DNA of 64,000 nucleotides from an uncultured Actinomycetes bacterium (GCA_963725795.1 CAVRZR010000003.1:112362-176361); one strand, 5' to 3'; shown: positions 38,804 through 50,072, counted from the stretch's first letter. The notes: generated by a model not told the origin, from the sequence alone. Made by a program: numbers and translations.

Positions 38804-39190
38804 ATGGACATCAATAAGGATCTGATAGCTGCGTCCTCGACGCCGATCGTTCTTGCCATCCTGGCCGAGGCGGACAGCTATGGCTACGCCATCCTCCAGC
38901 GCGTCCGCGATCTTTCCGGAGGTCACCTCGAGTGGACCGACGGGATGCTCTATCCCGTCCTGCATCGGCTCGGTAGGCTCGGCTACGTGGAGGCGCGTTG
39001 GGAAGTCGCGGAGAGCGGTCGTCGCCGCAGGTACTACAGGATCACGACGCAGGGCCGAGCGCATCTGGCCGAACAGCAGCGGCAGTGGCAGGCCGTGGAC
39101 GACACGCTGCGGGGCATCTGGCACATGATGTCCCGCGCGGTCCCAACTCCGGACCCTGCGCCGATCGCCCTGAATCCACAAGGAGCGTGA
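38804..39190 (+). CDS. PadR-family transcriptional regulator
   Basis: In-frame ATG 38804 in ORF 38717..39190. Motifs IVLAILAEADSYGYAILQRV, LYPVLHRLGRLGYVE and RRYYRITTQG. Confidence 0.85.
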   Translation: MDINKDLIAASSTPIVLAILAEADSYGYAILQRVRDLSGGHLEWTDGMLYPVLHRLGRLGYVEARWEVAESGRRRRYYRITTQGRAHLAEQQRQWQAVDDTLRGIWHMMSRAVPTPDPAPIALNPQGA

Positions 39191-39193
39191 GCA

Positions 39194-40568
39194 ATGCCAA
39201 ACGCTGACCGAACCACCGCGCTCGAGGAGCAGATCGCCCAGTGGCGGAACTACCTGAGCCGCCGGCAGGCGATCCACCCGGTCGACGTCGCCGAGTTGGA
39301 AGACCACCTACGCGAGCAGGTTGCGGGTCTGATGGCCGCCGGACTGGATTCGGACGAGGCGTTCCTCGTCGCCGTCAAGCGAATGGGCGACTTGGATGAC
39401 CTGTCCCGTGAGTTCGCTCGCGAACACTCGGAGCGTCTCTGGAAGCAGCTCGTCGTGCTCCCCTCGGGTGCCGAGGAGCCGCCGGCGCGGCTGCGTGCGG
39501 AAGCTTTCGTCGCGTTCGGGCTCGCGATCGCCGCAGCAGCGCTCGTCAAACTCCCAGTCCTTTTCGGTCTCGATCTGGAGAATGACGGTGCCTTCTACGC
39601 GCTCAATCTCAGCTTCTTCGTACTGCCGCTGCTCACCGGCTACTTCGCGTGGAAGCGTGGGCTCGGAACAAGGATGATCGGTTGGCTGATCGCGGTATTT
39701 GTCGGCGCAGGCATCGTCGCGAACGCATATCCGTTCGTACCCGACGGCTACACCCTGACCCTCACCGCGATCCACCTGCCCATTGCTCTGTGGATCGCCG
39801 CGGTGGGCGTCGCGTACGCGGGGGGCCGCTGGAAGGAGCAGGGCGGTCGAATGGACTTCGTCCGCTTCTCGGGCGAACTACTCATCTACTACGCCCTGAT
39901 CGCCTTGGGCGGCGGTGTCTTGATGGCATTCACGGCAGCCATCTTCCAGGCCATCGGCATCGACATAGAGCCCATATTCGGGACGTGGATCGTTCCGTGC
40001 GGCGCGGCCGGGGCCGTATTGATCGGCTCCTGGCTCGTGGAATCCAAGCAGAGCGTGATCGAGAACATGGCGCCCGTGCTCACTCGACTATTCACGCCGC
40101 TCTTCGCAGCCGCACTGGTCATCTTCCTCGGGACCGTGCTGTGGACGGGGCGGGGAGTGAACATCGAACGGGAGGTCCTCATCGCGTTCGACCTGCTACT
40201 CGTGGTCGTCGTAGCGCTTGTGCTGTACTCAATCTCCGCACGCGATCAACTGGCGCCCCCCGGGCTTCTTCGACGTGCTGCAGGTCGTGCTGATAGTCAG
40301 CGCGCTCGCGGCCGATTTGATGGCCCTGTGGGCTATCGGTGGCCGGATCACGGAGTTCGGCTTCACACCCAACAGGGTGGCTGCGTTGGGCGAGAACGTG
40401 ATCCTTCTCGTCAACCTGTCGTGGTCCGCCGTTCTCTACATCCGCTTCTTGAGCAGGCGCGGCTCGTTTGGCGCCATCGAACGCTGGCAGACGAACTACG
40501 TGCCGGTCTACGCCGCATGGGCGGCATTCGTGGTGATCGCCTTCCCGCCGCTGTTCGGCTACATCTAG
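39194..40568 (+). CDS. PadR-associated membrane protein (N-terminal helical sensor-type domain plus DUF4153-like multi-TM), one frame disruption
   Basis: ORF 39194..40690 reads correctly to about aa 350, then continues in ORF 40218..40568 (FFDVLQVVLIVSALAADL...PPLFGYI). The junction is at 40230-40265, which contains a C6 run (40256-40261). Confidence 0.65.
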
Positions 40569-40690
40569 GCTCAGCCGATCGTACGGCGCCTCGCGGCGTC
40601 CCCCAGCGACTGATTCGGTCTCCCTCCGTCCGGGGAATCGACCATGTTGAGAGACACGCCGACGCAGTTGGAGGGAGTCGCCGAACATGA

Positions 40691-41206
40691 ATGACGACGC
40701 AGAGGATCGTGCCTTCGCTGTGGTACGACGAGAACTGCGAGGAGGCGATCGACTTCTACATAGCCCTCTTCAACGGGTCGCCGCACAAGCGTCACGATTC
40801 TCGGATGATCAGCATGAATCGCTACGAGAAGGGCATGGAGGTGCCGGGAGCCGAGCACATGGAAGGCAAGGTGCTCACCGCCATCTTCGAACTGGACGGC
40901 CAGAGGTTCATGGCCCTCGACGGCGGCCCCGTCTTCCGGTTCAACGAAGCCGTGTCCTTCTACGTGGAGTGCGAGGACCAGACCGAGGTGGACTACTTCT
41001 GGGAGCGGCTCTCCGCCGTACCCGAGGCTGAGCAGTGCGGCTGGCTCAAAGACAAGTTCGGCCTTTCCTGGCAGATAGTCCCGCGGCGGCTGGGGGAGCT
41101 GCTTGGGAGTACCGATCGCAGGAGGGCGCTGGCCGCCACCAACGCCATGCTGAAGATGAAGAAGCTCGTGATAGCCGACCTCGAGAAGGCGTTCGACGAA
41201 GCGTGA
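40691..41206 (+). CDS. VOC-superfamily protein (PhnB / 3-demethylubiquinone-9 3-methyltransferase-domain type)
   Basis: ORF 40691..41206. Motifs IVPSLWYD, FELDGQRFMALDGGP, CGWLKDKFGLSWQIVP. Confidence 0.75.
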   Translation: MTTQRIVPSLWYDENCEEAIDFYIALFNGSPHKRHDSRMISMNRYEKGMEVPGAEHMEGKVLTAIFELDGQRFMALDGGPVFRFNEAVSFYVECEDQTEVDYFWERLSAVPEAEQCGWLKDKFGLSWQIVPRRLGELLGSTDRRRALAATNAMLKMKKLVIADLEKAFDEA

Positions 41207-41260
41207 GTTCCGGTGCGGCGTTTGCTCGAATCCGAGCGTCCGCCGCGAAAGGAATGACGC

Positions 41261-41941
41261 ATGTCCCGTCCGAGCCGCTTGTACGTGCGCGTGCTGGTCC
41301 CACGAGTTGGACTCGCCCTGTCGATCGTGCTCGCGCTGACGCTGGTCGGCTGCGCTTCGAGGGCGGCAACCGGCTCGTCCGGTCCGAATTCGACTGGGGC
41401 GATCACCGCCCAGAGCACGTTGGGAGGCAAGGACATGAAGACGATCTACGTCGCCGGCGGTTGCTTCTGGGGTGTCGAGAAGTACATCGCGGCCGTCCAC
41501 GGCGTCGTCGGCACCGAGGTCGGCTACGCCAACGGCACGACCAAGTCGCCGACGTACGAAGACGTGTGTACGGATCAGACTGGATACGCCGAGGCGGTGA
41601 AAGTCGACTACGACCCAACCGTGGCTCCGCTGCCGTTCCTGCTCGACCTGTTCTATGACGCGGTGGATCCGACGTCGGTCAACAGGCAGGGCAACGACGT
41701 GGGCAGGCAGTATCGAACCGGGATCTACTACACCGATCCAGCGGATCAGGCTGTCGTGGAGCGGTCCCTCGAGTTGCTCCAGAAGAAGTTCGCCGAGCCG
41801 ATAGCGATCGAGAGTGGGCCGCTCACGAGCTACACACGTGCCGAGGACTACCACCAGGACTACCTGGTGAAGCATCCTGACGGCTACTGCCACATTCCCC
41901 GGCGCCTGTTCGAGGAGGCCGCAGCCGCGCGACCGAAGTAG
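41261..41941 (+). CDS. msrA: Peptide-methionine (S)-S-oxide reductase MsrA, lipoprotein form
   Basis: ORF 41261..41941. Lipobox LVGC, catalytic GGCFWGVEKY, GYANG, DPTSVNRQGNDVGRQYRTGIYY. Confidence 0.9.
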   Translation: MSRPSRLYVRVLVPRVGLALSIVLALTLVGCASRAATGSSGPNSTGAITAQSTLGGKDMKTIYVAGGCFWGVEKYIAAVHGVVGTEVGYANGTTKSPTYEDVCTDQTGYAEAVKVDYDPTVAPLPFLLDLFYDAVDPTSVNRQGNDVGRQYRTGIYYTDPADQAVVERSLELLQKKFAEPIAIESGPLTSYTRAEDYHQDYLVKHPDGYCHIPRRLFEEAAAARPK

Positions 41942-41944
41942 GTC

Positions 41945-42628
41945 TCAGCGGGACGCGTGCGCGGGGCTCCAGATGCGGACCGAGCCGTCGGCCTCGCCGA
42001 CGATCACGACGTCAGCCAAGCGACGCGCGAAGATGCCGCATTCGATCACGCCGGGGATAGCGTCGAGCTCGAGTTCGAGCTGCTCGGGCCTCGAGAGGTC
42101 TAACCCCGTCACGTCGGCGAGCAGGTTGCCCGCCTCGGATGCAGCCATCCTGACAGTCATCTTCCCGCCCAGGGTGCCGATCGCGTCACGCACAAGCGAC
42201 CTCGCCTCGGGCAGGATTTCAAGCGGTATGGGTACGGTTTCGCCCAGCCGAGCCACCACCTTGGAAGCGTCGACGATGCAGACGAAGACACGCGATGCAC
42301 TCGCCACGATCTTCTCCATGGCGTGCGCGCCGCCGCCGCCCTTGATAGTTCGGCCAAGCGGATCGATCTCGTCGGCGCCGTCCACGTAGACCGGCGGGCG
42401 GCCGACGTCGTTCAGCGAGACGACCTGCACGCCGGCCCGTGTCAGTCGCTGTCTGGTGTCGGCCGACGTGGCGACAGCCGCCTGGGGCGGGTGTCCGCTC
42501 GAGCCGAGCAGTTCGATGAAATGAGCAACCGTGCTGCCGGTTCCCACCCCTATGAGCGAAAGCGAGTCGACGTAGGGCAATGCTGCGCGGGCTGCCGCTT
42601 CCTTCATGTGCTCGGTATCCATGGCCAT
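41945..42628 (-). CDS. rpiA: Ribose-5-phosphate isomerase A
   Basis: ORF 41945..42691(-). Motifs IGVGTGSTV, DGADEID, IKGGGGAHAMEK, CIVDASK. The start is one of three close ATGs (42628, 42622 or 42607). Confidence 0.85.
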   Translation of the reverse strand: MAMDTEHMKEAAARAALPYVDSLSLIGVGTGSTVAHFIELLGSSGHPPQAAVATSADTRQRLTRAGVQVVSLNDVGRPPVYVDGADEIDPLGRTIKGGGGAHAMEKIVASASRVFVCIVDASKVVARLGETVPIPLEILPEARSLVRDAIGTLGGKMTVRMAASEAGNLLADVTGLDLSRPEQLELELDAIPGVIECGIFARRLADVVIVGEADGSVRIWSPAHASR

Positions 42629-42886
42629 GGTCGTTCGTCCAGCTTCCGGACTAGTCCGTTCCTCGTCCGCGCCACCTATGTATGTGTCCAACGCCCCCCG
42701 GGTGGAGACGGTGACCGCCCGGACTTCGAACGAGGACTACTCGCGTTCCTCCTGCCGAGGGACTCCTTCTCGGCGCGTCCCTGGAGACGTTGGGTACCAA
42801 CAACGAGTAGCCCGTCACTACTCCGCGCCCCGGGACGGGGCCGCGATCTCGGGAAGCCCCATTCTTGAAGAAAGGCGCACCCCCTA

Positions 42887-44162
42887 GTGCAAGTCTTGGT
42901 CATCAACTCGGGCTCGAGCTCGGTGAAGTTCGAGGTGTTCGCGATGGAACCGGAGCGCTGCCTCATTCGCGGAGAGGTCGAGGGCATCGGGGGCCAGGAC
43001 TCGGCCGTGTGGATCGAGCAGGCAGCCGACCCCGCGGCTCTCTGTGATTCCGAGGGCGCCGTGCGACAGGGAGCGGCCCGTGCCGGTTCGCGACCACACG
43101 GCGGCGTTCGAGGTGATACTCGATGTCCTTCAGACAGCCGAGGCGCCCGTCAACGTCGACGAGATCGGCGTCATCGGACACCGCGTCGTCCACGGAGGCG
43201 ACACCTTCTCTGGGCCCGTGCTCGTGGACGACGCGGCGCTCGACGGCATACGCGCGCTCGCCCTTCTCGCTCCTCTGCACGCCAACGCCAACGTAGCGGG
43301 GATCGAGGCCGCCCGGATGAGACTTCCGGGCGTTCCTCACGTCGCCGTCTTCGACAGCACGTTTCACCGCACGATGCCCGCGTACGTACGCGAATACGCG
43401 CTGCCCCGTGCGCTCGCGCGCGAACACGGCATACGCCGCTACGGCTTCCACGGGACGTCGCATGCCTACGTTGCCGTGCGGGCGGCGGCCATTCTCGGCC
43501 GGCCCCTGGAGCAGCTGCGGCTCGTCACACTCCACCTCGGGAATGGAGCGAGCGTGACCGCCATCCGCCACGGCGAGAGCGTTGACACGTCCATGGGTAT
43601 GACCCCGCTCGAGGGTCTCGTCATGGGGACTCGGTGCGGCGATGTCGACCCGGCCATCCCGATGCTTCTCGGTGAGATAACCGGTCGCTCGCGCGAGGAC
43701 GTGCATCGGCTCATGAACTTCGAGAGCGGACTCAAGGGCCTGTGCGGCGAGAGTGACATGCGCGGCGTGCACCGACTCGCCGAAAGCGGCCAGCAGGACG
43801 CCCTGCTCGCTCTCGAGATGTTCTGCTATCGAGCCAAGAAGTACATCGGCGCGTATTACGCCGCGCTCGGAGGGGTCGATGCCGTCGTCTTCACCGGCGG
43901 CATCGGCGAGAACGACGCCGACGTGCGTGGACGCATCTGCTCGGGGCTCGAGCGACTGGGCATCGAGATCGATGAGGCGGCGAATGCCGAGGCAAGCGGG
44001 GAATGCCTCATCAGCGGCCCGGATGGCGAGGTCGCCGTACTCGTCGTCCCCACCGACGAAGAGCTCGAGATCGCACGTGCGGCCTATGCGTGTGCCCGGG
44101 GTGGCGAGCAGTGCTCGACGCCGGAAACGAGAGGTGATCCACGTGACGCGCAACGAGACTGA
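42887..44162 (+). CDS. ackA: Acetate kinase, one frame disruption
   Basis: GTG 42887 gives [18 protein letters not shown]. The rest is in ORF 43044..44162 ([53 protein letters not shown]). The junction is near 43045-43090. Confidence 0.85.
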
Positions 44163-46528
44163 AGCGGACCGTCCGCTCTCTTCACGCGAATTGGCGGGCA
44201 TCGATGCGTATTGGCGTGCCGCCAACTACCTTTCGGTGGGCCAGATCTACCTGCTCGACAATCCGCTGCTCACTCGTCCGCTTGTGGCCGAAGACGTCAA
44301 GCCGAGGCTCCTTGGCCACTGGGGAACCACTCCGGGGCTGAACTTCATCTACGTGCACCTCAACAGGATCATCAACGCCTTCGATCTCGACATGATGCTC
44401 GTGACCGGGCCGGGGCACGGTGGTCCGGCGATCGTGGCGAACACCTGGCTCGAAGGGACCTACACGGAGCGTTACCCGGAGGTCTCGCGGGACGCGGACG
44501 GCATGCGTCGCCTCTTCAAGCAGTTCTCCTTTCCCGGAGGCATCCCGAGCCACGTTGCCGCCCAGATCCCCGGGTCCATCCACGAGGGCGGCGAGCTGGG
44601 CTACTCGCTCTCGCATGCGTTCGGAGCGGCCTTCGACAACCCCGACCTGATCGTCGCCTGCGTTGTCGGCGACGGCGAAGCGGAGACAGGGCCGCTGGCC
44701 ACGTCGTGGCATTCCAATAAGTTCCTGAACCCGCAGACGGACGGCGCCGTCCTGCCGATACTGCATCTCAACGGCTACAAGATCGCGAACCCGACCGTGC
44801 TCGCGCGCATACCCAAAGAGGATCTCGAGGCACTACTGATCGGCTACGGCTGGAGCCCCCGCTTCGTCGAGGGCGACGATCCGGAGCCGACTCACCAGGC
44901 AATGGCCGCAATCCTCGACGAGGTGGTTGGCGACATCCAGGATATCCAGCGTGAATGTCGCAGCGACAACGCTTGTGTCGCCCGTCGCTGGCCGATGATC
45001 GTGCTCAGGACGCCCAAAGGGTGGACCGGTCCCGACCGTGTCGACGGCCATCAGGTCGAAGGAACGTGGCGCTCCCATCAGGTGCCGGTCGACAAGGCGC
45101 GACAGAACCCGGCTCACCTTCGCGTCGTCGAGGAATGGATGCGTAGCTACCGCGCCGAGGAGCTCTTCGACGAATCCGGCGCACCCAGACCCGAGATCGC
45201 CGCGCTCGCGCCCCGCGGTACGCGCCGCCTGGGCGACAACCCTCATGCGAACGGCGGCATCGCTTCGTCGCGAGCTCAAGATGCCGGACTTCACCGACTA
45301 CGCCGTCGCCGTCCCCGAGCCCGGCCGGTCGACCGGTGAGGCCACGCGCGTGCTTGGGACGTTCCTTCGGGACATCATGGCCGCGAATATGGACCGCTTC
45401 AGGATATTCGGCCCGGACGAGACCGCGTCCAACCGTCTTGATGCGGTGTACGAGGTCAGCAAGAAGACGTGGCTTGCCGAGTACCTGCCCACCGACGCCG
45501 ACGGCGGGGAGTTGTCACCTGACGGTCGTGTGATGGAGCTCCTCTCGGAGACCACCTGTCTCGGCTGGATGGAGGGCTACCTGCTCAGTGGCCGACACGG
45601 ACTGTTCGGAACGTACGAGGCCTTCGTCCACATCATCGATTCGATGTTCGCCCAGCATGCGAAATGGCTGGACGTGAGCAAGAACGACGTGCCGTGGCGC
45701 GCCCCCGTCTCTTCGGCGAATTACCTGCTCTCCTCGCATGTATGGAGGCAGGACCACAACGGCTTCTCCCACCAGGACCCCGGCTTCATCGACATGGTGG
45801 TGAACAAGCGCGGCGATGTCGTCCGCGTGTACCTGCCGCCGGACGCGAACACGCTGCTTTCAGTTGCCGACCACTGCCTGCGCAGCACCGACTACGTGAA
45901 CGTGATCGTCGCGGGCAAGCAGCCCGCGCTTCAGTTTCTCGACATGGACGCCGCAGTGAAGCATTGCACGGCCGGCCTCGGCATCTGGGAGTGGGCGAGC
46001 AATGATCGGGGAGCGGAGCCGGACGTCGTGATGGCGTGCGCGGGCGACGTGCCGACGCTCGAGACGCTCGCCGCCGTCAGTCTCCTTCGGCAGGAGGCGC
46101 CCGACCTGAAGGTTCGGGTCGTGAACGTCGTCGACCTCATGACGCTTCAGCCCGCCGAGGAGCATCCGCACGGTCTGCCGGACAAGGAGTTCGACGAGAT
46201 CTTCACCACCGACAAGCCCATCATCTTCGCGTATCACGGCTATCCGTGGTTGATCCATCGGCTCACCTACAGGAGAAACAACCACGACAACCTTCACGTG
46301 CGCGGCTACAAGGAAGAAGGCACGACCACCACGCCCTTCGACATGGTCGTGCGCAACGATCTCGACCGATTCCACCTCTTCGCCGACGCCGTCGAGCGTG
46401 TGCCCTCGCTCGCGCCCAGGCGCGCCTATGTGAAGCAGTTCGTCCGCGATAAACTCATCGATCATCGCGAGTACATCGAGGAGTTCGGTGAGGATATGCC
46501 CGAGATCCGTGAATGGACGTGGGAGTGA
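44134..46528 (+). CDS. xfp: Xylulose-5-P / fructose-6-P phosphoketolase, one frame disruption
   Basis: ORF 43753..45339 from GTG 44134 or 44143 ([55 protein letters not shown]), then ORF 45038..46528. The junction is near 45262-45270 (NPHANGG / [10 protein letters not shown]). Confidence 0.9.
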
Positions 46529-47439
46529 TGCAGGCGCCGGCAGTCGCGACCTCTTCGAGGTTCGCCGAGGCGATCTTCGACCTCTCGCGTGGCCGACAAG
46601 CCCTCCTCTCGGTCGCGCAACCAGCCATCGGCGCGCTCCTGGCTCTGGGCCGAATCCCCTCGGCGCACACCGTGGTCCTGGGGCTGATCGCGGCCTCGAC
46701 GGGTTACCTTGCCGTCTTCTCGCTGAACGACGTGCTCGACAGGCGCGTCGACGAGCGAGCATTGCGTGAAGGGAAGGCCGAGTTCGAAGGGTATGACATC
46801 GATACGGCATTCGAACGCCATCCCCTCGCTCGTGGCGACCTTTCCTTCGCCACGTCTGTCGCCTGGGTGGGTTCGCTAGGCGTCGTGAGCGCCGTCTGCG
46901 CGTTCGTACTCGCCCCAGCATGTCTGGCGCTGTTCGGACTGGCGGTCGCTCTCGAGGCGTTCTATTGCAGTCTGCGGTCGGTGACATGGACGAAGACGAT
47001 CATCTCGGGCCTCATGGTCGGCGTCGGAGGACTCGCGGGATGGGTCGCGGTGGCGCCGCTGTCAGCGCGCGCGGTGCCGTTCTTCGCGTTTCTGGGGCTG
47101 TGGGAGATAGGCGGTCGCAATCTGCCGAACGATCTCTCGGATCTCGCAGCGGACTCGCGGGTGGGCATCCGAACCGTCGCAACGGTGTTCGGGCCTGTGG
47201 CATCCGCGCGCGCCACCGCAGTGGTGGCGTGGGCGACGCTCGTGCCGCTCGCGTTCATGACTGACTCGTATGCCGTGGCTCTAGCCTCCATCGTCCTGGG
47301 CATATGGGCTCTCGCGCTGCCCTCACTCGCGCTCGTACGCTCCCCCGAGAGCTCGCAGGCCGGAGCGTTCTTCAATCGCGCGAGCCTGCTTCCCGCACTC
47401 GTGTTCGTCCCAGTGCTTCTGTGGGCGATCGCGGCATAG
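46513..47439 (+). CDS. UbiA-family aromatic prenyltransferase
   Basis: ORF 46513..47439. Multi-TM, Asp-rich motif [11 protein letters not shown] and a second DLSDLAAD. Its start (ATG 46513 or 46528) overlaps the xfp stop. Confidence 0.75.
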   Translation: MDVGVMQAPAVATSSRFAEAIFDLSRGRQALLSVAQPAIGALLALGRIPSAHTVVLGLIAASTGYLAVFSLNDVLDRRVDERALREGKAEFEGYDIDTAFERHPLARGDLSFATSVAWVGSLGVVSAVCAFVLAPACLALFGLAVALEAFYCSLRSVTWTKTIISGLMVGVGGLAGWVAVAPLSARAVPFFAFLGLWEIGGRNLPNDLSDLAADSRVGIRTVATVFGPVASARATAVVAWATLVPLAFMTDSYAVALASIVLGIWALALPSLALVRSPESSQAGAFFNRASLLPALVFVPVLLWAIAA

Positions 47440-47440
47440 G

Positions 47441-48137
47441 ATGGACGCTGCCTCGGCACGCCGGCTGTTCGACGCGAACGCCGCTACGTACGATCGCATC
47501 AACACCGCCATCAGCTTTGGCCTCAGCTCACGTTGGTACGACTGGGCTGCCTCGGCGGCTCTCAAGTATCCGGGCGCTCGCGTGCTCGATGCCTTCTCAG
47601 GAACGGGGGCGGTGGGCATTCGCGTCGCCGAGAAAGGGGGCGACGTCACGCTGGCGGACGTGAGTCCCGAGATGCTCGACGTTGCCGCTGCCCGCGCACG
47701 AGAGGCCGGCGTGAGCGTTCGGGCGGTGCTGCAAGACCTGGCGGCCGACGACGTCCGGCCGGAGGGGGCGCTCTTCGATGCGGTAGTGGTCATGTGGGGT
47801 CTGCGCTACGTCGAGTATCCTGAATGCGTGATCGGCAACCTCGCACGTCTGCTAGCACCCGATGGCCACCTCGTGCTCGTCGAGTTCGTGGATCCGGACG
47901 AAGGAATCCTGTCGCGGCTTGCGGGGGTGTACTTCTTCCACGTTCTTCCTACGATCGCCCGCCTGCTGGGTGGGGACCGCAGGCTCTACAGCGAGCTTGT
48001 CCGGAGCACGAGACGCATGGGTCCTCCCGAGCGCCTGCTAGCCATGCGTCGAAAGGGCAGGATTGCAGAGCGTCGAGGTGCGACCGATGGGGTTCGGGCT
48101 CGTCCTTGGAGTGATCGCGCGCCGCGCGACGCCGTGA
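47441..48137 (+). CDS. UbiE/MenG-like class I SAM methyltransferase, one frame disruption
   Basis: ORF 47441..48355 (YDRINTAISFGLSSRWY, VLDAFSGTGAVG). The C-terminus AGLQSVEVRPMGFGLVLGVIARRATP is recovered in the next frame from about 48057 to TGA 48135-48137. Confidence 0.7.
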
Positions 48138-48173
48138 TCCGCGTCGGCACGCGCCTCGCTAGGCCCTGCGGGT

Positions 48174-48611
48174 ATGATGCTGCCTCGCACAGCCGGCTTC
48201 CTCGCACTCACCATGCTGGTGTTCCTCGGCCTGCAATCGCCAAGCGCCCTCGACTCCGTCTCGGCGGCGTCGAAGCCAGCTTCGGAGAAACGCGTCGTCT
48301 CGGCGTCTGCTCAGACGCCGAGCCTGGACGAGATCGATGTCCGCCTGGCGGGTGAGGCGCTCGCCGAGATGAAGGACACGTACGCCCATTTGGACGGCGT
48401 GACGGTGAGCGTAGGCGAGACTCCCCACGGCGAACAGGCCGTCGCCTACTACACGCAGGGCAGGATCTTGATAGACCGAGACCATACCGCGAGCATCCAG
48501 CGGATCCTCGCCCACGAGGTATGGCATGTCATCGATTGGCGTGTGAACGGGAAGATCGACTGGGGCGAGCAGCTGCCGCCAAGTAACGCAGACCTCTACG
48601 CCCTCGAGTAG
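48174..48611 (+). CDS. Small secreted protein with HExxH motif
   Basis: ORF 48174..48611. Signal peptide, and ILAHEVWHVIDW. Confidence 0.5.
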   Translation: MMLPRTAGFLALTMLVFLGLQSPSALDSVSAASKPASEKRVVSASAQTPSLDEIDVRLAGEALAEMKDTYAHLDGVTVSVGETPHGEQAVAYYTQGRILIDRDHTASIQRILAHEVWHVIDWRVNGKIDWGEQLPPSNADLYALE

Positions 48612-48658
48612 AAGGCGTAGAGGCCTCGAAGCAAACGCCCGCCAGGGCGCATGCTCAG

Positions 48659-49252
48659 TTACTTAGCAAGCCAGTCGCTATGGACGACGGGTCCATACTC
48701 GTATGGCTGGTTCAGCCAGGACTCAGTGTACGGAGCGTAGGGCGACAGCCAGTTGGTGTGGACCACCGGCCCGAACTCGTACGGCTGGTTCTCAGTAGTG
48801 AATGGCGCGGACGGGGCGAGCCAGTTGGTGTGAACCACCGGCCCGTACTCGTACGGCTGATTCACCGTGAACGGCGCGGTCGGGACGAGCCAGTCGGTGT
48901 GGACCACCGGGCCGAACTCGTACGGCTGGTTCTCAGTGAACGATGCGGATGGCGCTAGCCAGTTCGTGTGTACGACAGGTCCGAACTCGTACGGCTGATT
49001 CTCGGTGAACGGCGCGGCAGGCGCGAGCCAGTTGGTGTGTACCACCGGCCCGAACTCGTACGGCTGGTTCTCCGTGAACGGCGCGGACGGGGCGAGCCAG
49101 TCGGTGTGCACGACGGGCCCGGTCTCGTAGGGCTGGGATTCAGACGCTAAAGCGAAGGGTACGCTTCCCAGCATGAACATCGCGCCCAACACGAGCGCGA
49201 CACCGACCAGGGAAGCCCTCCGCAATGCCCTTACTCGGTATGCGGGTTTCAT
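48659..49252 (-). CDS. Secreted tandem-repeat protein, 7 x about 23 aa (consensus ENQPYEFGPVVHTNWLAPSAPFT)
   Basis: ORF 48659..49273(-). ATG 49250-49252 follows GGAGGTG. An N-terminal signal/anchor helix is followed only by repeats. No family recognised. Confidence 0.7.
   Translation of the reverse strand: MKPAYRVRALRRASLVGVALVLGAMFMLGSVPFALASESQPYETGPVVHTDWLAPSAPFTENQPYEFGPVVHTNWLAPAAPFTENQPYEFGPVVHTNWLAPSASFTENQPYEFGPVVHTDWLVPTAPFTVNQPYEYGPVVHTNWLAPSAPFTTENQPYEFGPVVHTNWLSPYAPYTESWLNQPYEYGPVVHSDWLAK
48662..49141 (-). repeat. 69-bp in-frame tandem repeat array (7 units)
   Basis: The DNA-level periodicity is visible directly (ccagttggtgtg.accaccggcccgaactcgtacggctggttctc recurring). All units are in one reading frame. 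Confidence 0.85.
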
Positions 49253-49393
49253 CGTAGACACCTCCAAACTCACTTGATTTCGTATGTAGTTTCCAACCAG
49301 TGCATTCCCTCGTATTCGAACCTAAGCGGAATGACGACCGAACACTCGGGTACAACATATCGACAGGCGATATCGCGAGCTGAGGACGTGCGG

Positions 49394-49900
49394 ATGATGC
49401 CTCCGACGGACATATTCGTTGGTGAACTCGAGGTTAGGACTCGGGAGCACAAGGTATATGTGCGCGGCGAGGAGATCCCGCTCTCTTCGCGCGAATTCGA
49501 GATCGCTGCGATGCTTGCCGAGCACCCTGGATGGGTTCTCTCGGCGGAACAGCTGGCCGGCGACGCCAAGACCGGCGAAGGCTACTCCCCCGAGTCGGTA
49601 AGCGTGTTGGTCTCGCGGATTCGGCACAAATTGGCTGCGGCAGGTGCGGATCACCTGGTCGAGACGGTGCGCGGGGTCGGATACAGGCTGCGGGCGGCCC
49701 GAGCCGCGGAACCCGAGGATGTCGGTGAGCTCGAGGATCCGGACGCAACTCAGGCAAACGCTCAGCTGAGAGACGCCTCGTGGCAGCTGCAGGAGAGCCT
49801 CATCGACGTCGAGCGAACGTGCAACCCCCTACAGCGGCGGGCGGTGGCCGACGTTCTTGACCGGACACGCCAGGCCATACGGGACATCCTCTCCGAGTAG
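49394..49900 (+). CDS. Winged-helix (OmpR/CadC-type trans_reg_C) DNA-binding protein without a receiver domain
   Basis: ORF 49274..49900. ATG 49394 follows GAGGA. Motifs LSSREFEIAAMLAEHPGWVLSAEQL, VSRIRHKL and VETVRGVGYRL. Divergent from the repeat-protein gene. Confidence 0.75.
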   Translation: MMPPTDIFVGELEVRTREHKVYVRGEEIPLSSREFEIAAMLAEHPGWVLSAEQLAGDAKTGEGYSPESVSVLVSRIRHKLAAAGADHLVETVRGVGYRLRAARAAEPEDVGELEDPDATQANAQLRDASWQLQESLIDVERTCNPLQRRAVADVLDRTRQAIRDILSE

Positions 49901-50072
49901 CCCGAGAATCCGCAGTTCAGCGCGCTGAACGAAGCCGACGGTTAACTGCGCGTGCGCCCGTTCGGCGGCTTCCACACGATTGCCATCGACTCGGCTTCAT
50001 GTTGGCTCAGGAATTGCGCTTCTGGCCTCGGATAACCATGCGCTCTCGCAAGTGATCGGAAGTGCGGCTCTA

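Noticed and set aside
40571-41893. 440-aa ORF on the minus strand
   Set aside because: It is antisense to the VOC-family gene and msrA, both with clear family motifs on the plus strand. It is a shadow ORF.
48662-49141. 69-bp repeat array considered as a CRISPR or other non-coding satellite
   Set aside because: The units abut without spacers. All are in one open frame behind a signal peptide and an RBS, and they are conserved at the amino-acid level. This is a coding tandem repeat, not a CRISPR array.
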